DNA from: a virus
Strand: one strand, 5' to 3'
IMG/VR virus record: IMGVR_UViG_3300022407_006288
Coordinates: 32,001 to 96,000 of that record
Length of the DNA: 64,000 bases
Shown: in pieces, positions 56,752-64,000 of the stretch
How positions within the stretch are numbered: position 1 is the stretch's first letter
Layout: every line of letters begins with the position of its first letter
Notes under the pieces: model-generated
The model's input: the letters and a program-made list of their open reading frames with translations, nothing else
What the model was told of the DNA's origin: nothing
The model's database searches: none
Made by a program: the position numbers and the translations under genes

Positions 56752-57360
56752 ATGAATAAAGTGATTATAATACATTACGAAGAAGATCCTGAAGCAATCT
56801 CAAAATTTAAAATTTTGTCACAGCGATTATGGAGCGAACATAATAGTTATACAAGAAATGGCATAATTAGTGCATTAGCAGGATTGCCCGATCTTGGCGA
56901 TGTAATGAATAGATTAATGAGAAATCAAGAAGATATTGGTCAATTTATTGCTCCGTATTATGGTGCGGAAGCTGCTACTTCATTAACTAATTTGCTAAAA
57001 GAACATATTAATATTGCAGCTAACATAGTTGTTGCAGCAAGTCAAAATAAAAGTACGGCTGATCTCGAAGCCACATGGCAGGCTAATGCAGTGTCTATAG
57101 CTGATCTCTTAGCTTCGCTTGATCCAGTCTATTGGTCTAAAAATATTGTACTGCCTGTGCTTCAACAACATTTAGCATGTACATTAAAAGAAATTGTATC
57201 TAGGTCAAAAAAAGATTGGTTAACAGATATTGCTGCCTATGATGACTGTTCTGCAGTAGTTGCAGTCCTTGCTGAAGTAATAGCCTACGGTATTGTGTAT
57301 AACTTTCCGGAAGAATTTATTATACAATATAAATCAAAGTCTTTTAAAAAAGTATACTAA
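56752..57360 (+). CDS. His-containing helical-bundle protein of a family typical of spore-formers
   Basis: LWSEHNSYTR, LPDL...RLMRNQEDIG...YYG, LLKEHINIA, WQANA..IA.LL, LQQHL, DIAAYD. Confidence 0.6.
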   Translation: MNKVIIIHYEEDPEAISKFKILSQRLWSEHNSYTRNGIISALAGLPDLGDVMNRLMRNQEDIGQFIAPYYGAEAATSLTNLLKEHINIAANIVVAASQNKSTADLEATWQANAVSIADLLASLDPVYWSKNIVLPVLQQHLACTLKEIVSRSKKDWLTDIAAYDDCSAVVAVLAEVIAYGIVYNFPEEFIIQYKSKSFKKVY

Positions 57361-58112
57361 AAGCAAAGCCCTTTTGGTCGGGCTATAAATTACAAAAGGA
57401 TGTCAGCGATGATCGAGATTTTGTATATACGCCCACCAATAAGCCCCTACGGGATGTTGTTGACCTGCGAAAATGGGCAAGCCCCATTGAAGATCAAAAA
57501 TATCTAGGAAGTTGTACAGCAAATGCAATTGTGGGTGCACATGAGTTATTGACAATTAAAGAATTTCCAAAACAATTTGTTGACCTCAGTAGACTATTTG
57601 TGTACTATAACGAGCGATTAATAGAAGGCACAATTAGCGAAGATTCCGGTGCATACCTAAGAACAGGAATTAAAGCAGTAAAGACTTATGGAATATCTAC
57701 TGAAGCACTGTGGCCTTATAATATAAGTAAGTTTTCAACTACACCATCTCCAGAAAGTTACCAAGATGCAAAGTATAGAAACATTAAAAATTATTATCGT
57801 GTAGATAGCAATGATAAAATGCTTGATGCACTAAATAATGATATACCTGTGGTTGTAGGCGTGTTGCTTTATGAAGCATTTGATTCACTGGATAAAAATA
57901 ATTACGTACTTGGTTTACCAGCTGACACAGAATCATTTACAGGAGGGCATGCCATGGTGCTAGTTGGATATGATTTACCAAAAAAATTATTTTTAGTTAG
58001 AAATAGTTTTGGCATTGATTGGTGTATTGATGGATATTGCTGGATTACATTTGCATACATGGAAGAAAAATTATTAGATGCTTGGATATTTGATATTGAT
58101 TTAATTACTTAA
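57354..58112 (+). CDS. Papain-like C1 cysteine peptidase; start non-canonical or frameshifted
   Basis: Frame open from 57348: DRDFVY...VDLRKWASPIEDQKYLGSCTANA, GGHAM, VRNSFG..W. No ATG/GTG/TTG precedes the catalytic Cys. Confidence 0.8.
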   Translation: MLKAKPFWSGYKLQKDVSDDRDFVYTPTNKPLRDVVDLRKWASPIEDQKYLGSCTANAIVGAHELLTIKEFPKQFVDLSRLFVYYNERLIEGTISEDSGAYLRTGIKAVKTYGISTEALWPYNISKFSTTPSPESYQDAKYRNIKNYYRVDSNDKMLDALNNDIPVVVGVLLYEAFDSLDKNNYVLGLPADTESFTGGHAMVLVGYDLPKKLFLVRNSFGIDWCIDGYCWITFAYMEEKLLDAWIFDIDLIT

Positions 58113-58180
58113 ATAAGGGCCATTTTCGTCCATATTACTGATCGTATAGATAAATAAGTGTTAATACTAGTGAGATTACT

Positions 58181-58411
58181 ATGCGTGCCGCAGAATTTCT
58201 TATTGAAAAAGCAGTTGAGTCAAGTTGGATTACAGACCTTGTCTATAATCGACCAAATAGAGTGCTAACAATGAGAATGTCGGATGGTAAATCATATTCG
58301 GTACCCGGTATTACTCGCACACTATTTGAAAGATGGCTTAATTCCCCGTCAAAGGGTGAGTTTTTTCATAAATATATAAAAGATATATATCAAGTTAAAC
58401 GAATATCCTAG
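58181..58411 (+). CDS. KTSC-domain protein with a capsid-targeting-like N-terminus
   Basis: VESSWITDLVYN...Y.VPG...F..WLNSPSKGEFF; starts MRAAEFLIE; GATAAATA at 58149. Confidence 0.8.
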   Translation: MRAAEFLIEKAVESSWITDLVYNRPNRVLTMRMSDGKSYSVPGITRTLFERWLNSPSKGEFFHKYIKDIYQVKRIS

Positions 58412-58422
58412 GTGTACCAAAT

Positions 58423-58635
58423 ATGCACTTTAATAAACTTAATTCTGATGATAGTTGTAACATTATAGAAATGTCTAGGTTCTGTGAAGTTGCGGCTCCA
58501 CAAGATAAAGAATTAATGAATCAATTACTTGCCGAAAATAAAGTCAATGAGGCATGGGAATTATTAAAAACAGTATCAAAGAAAATATATAGTAAAAAAT
58601 CTACTAAAACTATTTATAATGCGAAGCTTTTATAA
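58423..58635 (+). CDS. Hypothetical protein
   Basis: 70-aa ORF in a co-oriented run. Confidence 0.5.
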   Translation: MHFNKLNSDDSCNIIEMSRFCEVAAPQDKELMNQLLAENKVNEAWELLKTVSKKIYSKKSTKTIYNAKLL

Positions 58636-58864
58636 TACTGATAAATTTTTTCAAAAAATGAAAAAAAAGCCTGCATTACAACAGGTATTGGATAATTTGA
58701 CACAGTATACCGCAGACGATATTGAAGCCTTAACAGGTCCTCATTTTCCTCTCTGGATAAAAGATCAGTTGTTAGAATTAAAAAAACGAAACGGAAAAAC
58801 ATCTGAAGATATAGCAAACGAACTTGCAGAAAAAATGATAGCTGCAAGTCAACGGAGCAAATAA
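58619..58864 (+). CDS. Hypothetical protein
   Basis: 81-aa ORF coupled to its neighbours. Confidence 0.5.
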   Translation: MRSFYNTDKFFQKMKKKPALQQVLDNLTQYTADDIEALTGPHFPLWIKDQLLELKKRNGKTSEDIANELAEKMIAASQRSK

Positions 58865-59118
58865 TGACTTGGAATTATAGACTGTGTAAACAAACATATA
58901 AAAACGATATCGGGTATGATGAGTGCTTTTATGAAATAAAAGAAGCATACTACAATAAAAATGGCGAGATTTGGGCAGTTACAGAAAGAGCACAATCTGT
59001 ATACAGCGAAACAGTTGACGGTGTTAAATATTGTCTCGAAAGGATGCAATTAGCACTTCAAAAAGACATAGTTGATCTAGACACATTTGTTTTTGCAAAA
59101 CAAGATCCGCCAAATTAA
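58864..59118 (+). CDS. Hypothetical protein
   Basis: MTWNYRL...YEIKEAYY; start overlaps the upstream stop. Confidence 0.6.
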   Translation: MTWNYRLCKQTYKNDIGYDECFYEIKEAYYNKNGEIWAVTERAQSVYSETVDGVKYCLERMQLALQKDIVDLDTFVFAKQDPPN

Positions 59119-59395
59119 AAATAAAATTACCACAACTAGTGGTGCAGTGAGTTTTAAATCACTGATTAATGGCAAAACAATTATGGCATCATTTTTTAAA
59201 GAAGGTAATAAACTTAACTTTAACGGCTTCAAGGGCACAATTATTAAAATAACAGAAACATATAGAAAAAATGTTCTTGTTTTAAAAGTTACAGAATCAC
59301 CCAAAAAAAATTCTTACACGCACGGCAAGGTAGACACAATTGGTATTTTTGAATATCCAGACGGAACTTTAGAATTTATGTCGGTGATTGATTAG
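59087..59395 (+). CDS. Hypothetical protein; start uncertain, possibly 59183
   Basis: ORF in a co-oriented run. Confidence 0.45.
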   Translation: MFLQNKIRQIKNKITTTSGAVSFKSLINGKTIMASFFKEGNKLNFNGFKGTIIKITETYRKNVLVLKVTESPKKNSYTHGKVDTIGIFEYPDGTLEFMSVID

Positions 59396-59467
59396 ACTAA
59401 TTTTAACATATTTGTAACACAATCGTACAGAAGTATGATAAGTAACATTACTCAAAGGAGTAATGCA

Positions 59468-59701
59468 ATGACAGTTGAAATTTTTGGAGCCGAATGGTGT
59501 ACTTTTTGTAAACAAGCAGTTATACTCTGTGAAAGTAAAAATATGCAATATGATTATATTGACATAGACGAAACTTCAAATTTGAAAATTTTAGAAGAAA
59601 AACTCGGAAATAAAGTTAAATCCATACCACAAATTTTCATAAATGGCACACTTATTCCGGGCGGATATAGTGGACTTAAACAGGAATTAGAAAAAGATTG
59701 A
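59468..59701 (+). CDS. Glutaredoxin
   Basis: WCTFC, SIPQIFING..IPGG; AAGGAG RBS. Confidence 0.9.
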   Translation: MTVEIFGAEWCTFCKQAVILCESKNMQYDYIDIDETSNLKILEEKLGNKVKSIPQIFINGTLIPGGYSGLKQELEKD

Positions 59702-59710
59702 GAGTGTTAT

Positions 59711-59881
59711 ATGCCAAGAAAACCAAGTAACGAAGATCACCACGATGCTGACGATTCTTACGAAGATGTAAAACGTGGCGATTATCAATATAAACCTTCA
59801 CCCGAAGTAGAAAAAAAGAAAAGTTGGGATCGTGAAACCATGTACGATAATAGTAGCGACGATTACGACGACTACAGGTAA
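59711..59881 (+). CDS. Small acidic hypothetical protein (56 aa), not in the ORF track
   Basis: MPRKPSNEDHHDADDSYEDVKRG...DDYDDYR*. Confidence 0.5.
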   Translation: MPRKPSNEDHHDADDSYEDVKRGDYQYKPSPEVEKKKSWDRETMYDNSSDDYDDYR

Positions 59882-59896
59882 AATGTTTTACCAAAT

Positions 59897-59924
59897 AAAA
59901 AGGAGCCCTAGGGCTCCTTTTTTT
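59897..59924. terminator. Bidirectional terminator
   Basis: AAAAAGGAGCCC-TA-GGGCTCCTTTTTTT between convergent genes. Confidence 0.85.
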
Positions 59925-59938
59925 CTTGCTTGTAACTT

Positions 59939-60805
59939 TTAAGAAACAATTGGTATAGCTGTTGCTGTTACACTTGCAGGAGGTGCTGCAAAAGTAATTG
60001 TAGCTGATACATAACCAGTACCGCCAACTATGTTGGTAATTCCTGTTACTGCTCCGCTGGCGTTTATTACTGCTGTAGCAGAAGCACCTGTACCCGGACC
60101 ACCAATAGTCACTATTGGTGCAACTGAGTAATAGTTGCCGCCAACAAGACTGGTAATACTAGTAAATGCTCCAGCATTAACGACAGCAGTAGCTGTTGCT
60201 GTAACCGCTGCGGCTGGCGCAGCAATTGTGGCTGTTGCGTTTGTTGCATATCCCGAACCTGGATTTCCAACAGTGATAGCAGTTACAACGCCACCAACAA
60301 CTGTTGTTGTCAATATAGCACCTGTACCCGGCGGGCTTGAAATAGTAATTGATGGTACAGATGTATATCCGCGACCGCCATTAGTAATTTGAAAGCTAAG
60401 AATTTGTCCAGCCACACCCATATTAATTAGGTCAGCTTGCCCCAATGCAACAGCCGGCCGTGTTGACCAGGTATAGCTGACAACTGTACCATTTTCAAAA
60501 ACATCAACACGATATTGTGCTATCTTTGAGCAAGGTACTGGTGAACCTCCAAACGGAGTTGCAAGAATAAAACATTCTCCCGTATTTAGCGCACTAATAC
60601 TTGATGCATTAACCATGAATACAATTTCAGGTGCATGTATTTGTGCTGAATCTTGAACCATATAAGCACTTGAACCTGTTTGTTTTACAATGAATGCATC
60701 CGAGTATGATACGCCATCAGCAAATTTAACACCGTTTACTCTTATATGATTTGATCCAGGACCAACTGGTTCTCCGAACCATTTTTTCTGAATTGGTTTT
60801 CCCAT
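59939..60805 (-). CDS. Virion structural protein with GxGY beta repeats
   Basis: MGKPIQKKWFG N-terminus; ITNGGRGYTS, GNPGSGY and VGGTGY repeats; late promoter at 60885-60892. Confidence 0.6.
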   Translation of the reverse strand: MGKPIQKKWFGEPVGPGSNHIRVNGVKFADGVSYSDAFIVKQTGSSAYMVQDSAQIHAPEIVFMVNASSISALNTGECFILATPFGGSPVPCSKIAQYRVDVFENGTVVSYTWSTRPAVALGQADLINMGVAGQILSFQITNGGRGYTSVPSITISSPPGTGAILTTTVVGGVVTAITVGNPGSGYATNATATIAAPAAAVTATATAVVNAGAFTSITSLVGGNYYSVAPIVTIGGPGTGASATAVINASGAVTGITNIVGGTGYVSATITFAAPPASVTATAIPIVS

Positions 60806-60969
60806 GTTATTTTCCTTTTGAATGGGTACTCCTCGATTGAGGGATCTCCATCATTCAGGGTGGAACTATTTCCACCATGTACGTTATTTATCAAATAATT
60901 TCCACTTGACACACTTTACTAGCCACAATACAATGAATGTACATTTTTAAACTATAGAAAGACTTTAAA

Positions 60970-63099
60970 ATGAAACTTGATGTCGCAGTAAAAGAAGTTA
61001 CACTTTCAAATGTGGGAACGACTGGCGAATTTCGTATTCGCAATTCAGCAAAGGCATTTTCAATTCTTAGTTCGGGACTGTATTCTAACAAGATACGGGC
61101 AATTGTTAGGGAACTATCGTGCAATGCAGTCGATAGTCATGTTGCTGCCGGTAAAAAAGATCTGCCCTTTGAGGTACACCTGCCATCCATGTTTGAACCA
61201 TGGTTTTCTGTAAAAGATTTTGGAACCGGACTTAGCGGTGATCAAATTGTGGGCATTTACACTACCTACTTTGAATCCTCAAAAACTGATTCCAATGACT
61301 TTATTGGCGCACTTGGACTTGGATCAAAGTCTCCATTTAGTTACACAGATAATTTTACTGTAACAGCAGTTAAAAATAACATTAAGGTTATTTATAGTGC
61401 CTACATTAATGATGCGGGCATTCCGTGTGTTGCCGAAATGGGTGCAGAAACTACTGATGAACCAAACGGTGTAGAAGTTAAATTTGCTGTTACCAATCGC
61501 AATGATTATTATAGTTTTCAACGCGAAGCAGCTTATGTTTTTACATGGTTTAAAAATAAACCCACTATCACGGGTATAACTGATTTTGTTCACAGTTCAC
61601 CGGAATACAGCGAAGAAAATATTATTCCCGGAGTACATGTAAAGAAACAAGAAGGATATTATTCGCATTGTGCTGTGTTGATGGGCAACATTTGTTATCC
61701 ATTGTCTGCCATGCCGCACCCAGAAAAAACGCTAGGAGATCTTGCACATTTGCTTGATTGCAACCTAGTCATGGAGTTTGGCATTGGCGAACTTGATTTT
61801 GCAGCTTCTCGGGAAGAGCTAAGTTATGTACCGCTGACAATTAACAGCATTAAGGCCAAACTTGAGCAGTTAAATGAAAATTTGGCAGCACACTTGGCAA
61901 CACAAGCAAGTGCCATTACAGGTGATTGGCAACGTGCATTTTTCCTGCATGAACGTGCCCAGACCAAACTATATAAATCTGCCGTTAAAAAGTATGTGCT
62001 TGATACAAATTTTAAATTATTTGATACAACTTCTGCATACGGTAAGACCGGTTTTAAATTTACCGAGTCCAACTTAATTTCTCGCAAGCTTGATATTAAG
62101 GCATTTCGTGTTCGCACAAATACCACAAGTAATGTTGATGGTTCAATTAGTTATGTTGGTAATGTCAGTCACTACACAATAGAAATTCCTGTTGAAAAAG
62201 ATGTTGTCATTGTTCTAAATGATTTGAAGACTGGATGCTTGTCACGCGCTCGCCGGCATATGATTGCCAACCATAAAAGCGGTGCACTTGTATTTTGCAT
62301 TTCTCATGCGAACACAGATCCTGCTGTTCGATCTGCCGAATATGACAAGTTGATCAAAGAACTGGCTCATCCACCCATTGTTATCAAGGCAAGTGAACTA
62401 GACAATGCGCCACGTGCTAAAAATGGCCCTGTATCCGGTGTTATGGAACTCGAATACGACTCCAGCAGAAAACGATCGGGGCAACCCAACTATCGTTGGG
62501 TAACACACTCACAAGATATTGACGAAGATCAAATTTACTATTATGTATCTTTGAATGGTAATACAGCAAGCGATCAGTCATGTAATATCATTGATATCAT
62601 TGATATCAATAACACAATGAACAAATGCAAAATTTCTGCTATTTCTAATATTAAAATCTTTGGTGTTAGGAAAGCCTGTTACAAGCAAATTAAAGATCTA
62701 GAAAATTGGATACCGCTTGAAGACAAACTCAAAGAAGAAACTACTAAAATTATAGATCATGACATTATGTCGTATGTTGCAGCGGAGGAACTTGACTCTT
62801 ATTACAATCGAGTTTACACTAATGCAGATGTTGCATCACTTGTGGGCACTAATTCAAACTACTATAAATATGTCACTGAAATGGCAAAAATTAAAAAAGC
62901 AACAGGTGATGTAAATGCAATTGTAAAACTTTGCAGTATGTATGGTAATGTTGTTTCGGTTGATGCAGCAAAACGTAAGTTAACTAATGCAACAGCCTTT
63001 ATAAAGAAGCAATACCCGTTGTTAAAGTATCTGCATAACGCCCCTGAAGCAGATGCAGCTGAATATATTAAACTAATTGATAACCAGGAGAAAATTTAA
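60970..63099 (+). CDS. rIIA: rIIA protein
   Basis: GHKL motifs LYSNKIRAIVRELSCNAVDSH, VKDFGTGL, GALGLGSKSPF; followed by rIIB. Confidence 0.9.
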   Translation: MKLDVAVKEVTLSNVGTTGEFRIRNSAKAFSILSSGLYSNKIRAIVRELSCNAVDSHVAAGKKDLPFEVHLPSMFEPWFSVKDFGTGLSGDQIVGIYTTYFESSKTDSNDFIGALGLGSKSPFSYTDNFTVTAVKNNIKVIYSAYINDAGIPCVAEMGAETTDEPNGVEVKFAVTNRNDYYSFQREAAYVFTWFKNKPTITGITDFVHSSPEYSEENIIPGVHVKKQEGYYSHCAVLMGNICYPLSAMPHPEKTLGDLAHLLDCNLVMEFGIGELDFAASREELSYVPLTINSIKAKLEQLNENLAAHLATQASAITGDWQRAFFLHERAQTKLYKSAVKKYVLDTNFKLFDTTSAYGKTGFKFTESNLISRKLDIKAFRVRTNTTSNVDGSISYVGNVSHYTIEIPVEKDVVIVLNDLKTGCLSRARRHMIANHKSGALVFCISHANTDPAVRSAEYDKLIKELAHPPIVIKASELDNAPRAKNGPVSGVMELEYDSSRKRSGQPNYRWVTHSQDIDEDQIYYYVSLNGNTASDQSCNIIDIIDINNTMNKCKISAISNIKIFGVRKACYKQIKDLENWIPLEDKLKEETTKIIDHDIMSYVAAEELDSYYNRVYTNADVASLVGTNSNYYKYVTEMAKIKKATGDVNAIVKLCSMYGNVVSVDAAKRKLTNATAFIKKQYPLLKYLHNAPEADAAEYIKLIDNQEKI

Positions 63100-64000
63100 T
63101 GACTAAGGCAATTCCGTATATTAAGCAGGGTGATAACATTACCCTTGTTGTTGATAGCAAAAGTTATACTGTCAACAAAAGCACCCATATCGGTTACAAT
63201 AAAATTGTAGATGCACTAAAAGCCGGCGAATGGGAATCAGTTCGAGATCTACTTGATCCAAAAACAACACTTGAATTTTATGGTTCTGGTTATGTATCCA
63301 TTAAAGGCAATCAGGTATTTTGGAATAACAAACCATTTCATAATGCATTGGCACACCGTATGGTTGAAATGCTTCAAGAAGGATTTTCAATTGATCCCAT
63401 GGTTGCATTTATGGAAAATTTGATGGAAAATCCCTCAAAGCGATCAGTAGATCAAGTTTATACTTTTCTAGAAAAGAACAACTTGCCTATTACCGAAGAC
63501 GGGCATTTTCTTGCATATAAGCGTGTTACTGAAGATTATATGGATTGTCATACCAGAAGCATTGACAATAGCATTGGGCAGACAGTGGAAATGAATCGCA
63601 ACATGGTGGATGATAATCCAAACTCATATTGTTCTTCTGGACTACATTTTTGCAGCGAAAGTTATCTAGAGCACTTTGGCGGTAACAATCAGCCTGTTAT
63701 GATTTTAAAAATTAATCCAGCTGATGTTGTCAGTGTACCAACAGACTACAATGGCGCCAAAGGTCGCTGCTGTAAGTACACCGTGATTGCACAGGTGGAA
63801 GGTGATCCAAAGAATGCATTTTCGGAAGCAGTAGATCAGACTTATGATCCGGTACGTACCAAGCTTCAAGAATCAGCACCCTGGCCGTTTGATACAAAAA
63901 CTGATGATTATACAACCGACTACAGTTTTAATGCAGATTCATTGATTGAAGATGATGACTTTGATGATATCGACGAAGATGATGAAGATGATCTTATTGA
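63099..64000 (+). CDS. rIIB: rIIB protein; 3' end lies outside the window
   Basis: Not in the ORF track. FMENLMENPS...LPITEDGHFLAYKRV...VDDN...CSSGLHFCS...KINPADVVSVPTDYNGAKGRCCKY. Confidence 0.92.
   Translation, partial: MTKAIPYIKQGDNITLVVDSKSYTVNKSTHIGYNKIVDALKAGEWESVRDLLDPKTTLEFYGSGYVSIKGNQVFWNNKPFHNALAHRMVEMLQEGFSIDPMVAFMENLMENPSKRSVDQVYTFLEKNNLPITEDGHFLAYKRVTEDYMDCHTRSIDNSIGQTVEMNRNMVDDNPNSYCSSGLHFCSESYLEHFGGNNQPVMILKINPADVVSVPTDYNGAKGRCCKYTVIAQVEGDPKNAFSEAVDQTYDPVRTKLQESAPWPFDTKTDDYTTDYSFNADSLIEDDDFDDIDEDDEDDLI

Overview
This window is part of a large T4-like (myovirus/jumbo-type) phage genome with a Gram-negative host, as indicated by two-component spanins and an outer-membrane beta-barrel. 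From left to right it contains: baseplate genes; the gp55 late sigma factor and gp47/gp46; a Holliday resolvase and GH108 endolysin; a ~680 bp non-coding, origin-like gap; a gp26-like hub/chaperone gene and a tape-measure-like gene; the head module (gp20, gp21, gp22, gp23); neck and tail-completion genes; several tail-fibre genes; 8 tRNAs and a circularly permuted tmRNA; lysis and envelope genes; an accessory block; and rIIA/rIIB. The most unusual element is an ~8 kb co-oriented, LuxR-headed module (50157-58112) resembling a spore coat or exosporium. It encodes paralogous Ala/Asn/Gln-rich proteins, Tyr/Gly-rich peptides, a collagen-like protein, a circularly permuted DUF3494 ice-binding domain, a HiPIP-like protein, a His-rich helical protein and a papain-like protease. 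Other highlights are a secreted alpha-carbonic anhydrase just after the capsid gene, a ClpS with the specificity-gate Met replaced by Ala and an apparent capsid-targeting leader, a family of proteins with T4-CTS-like N-termini, a two-piece tmRNA with a 26-aa tag, and three places where a -1 frame change is needed to complete a gene. All family assignments come from motif recognition by eye; no database searches or folding programs were run.
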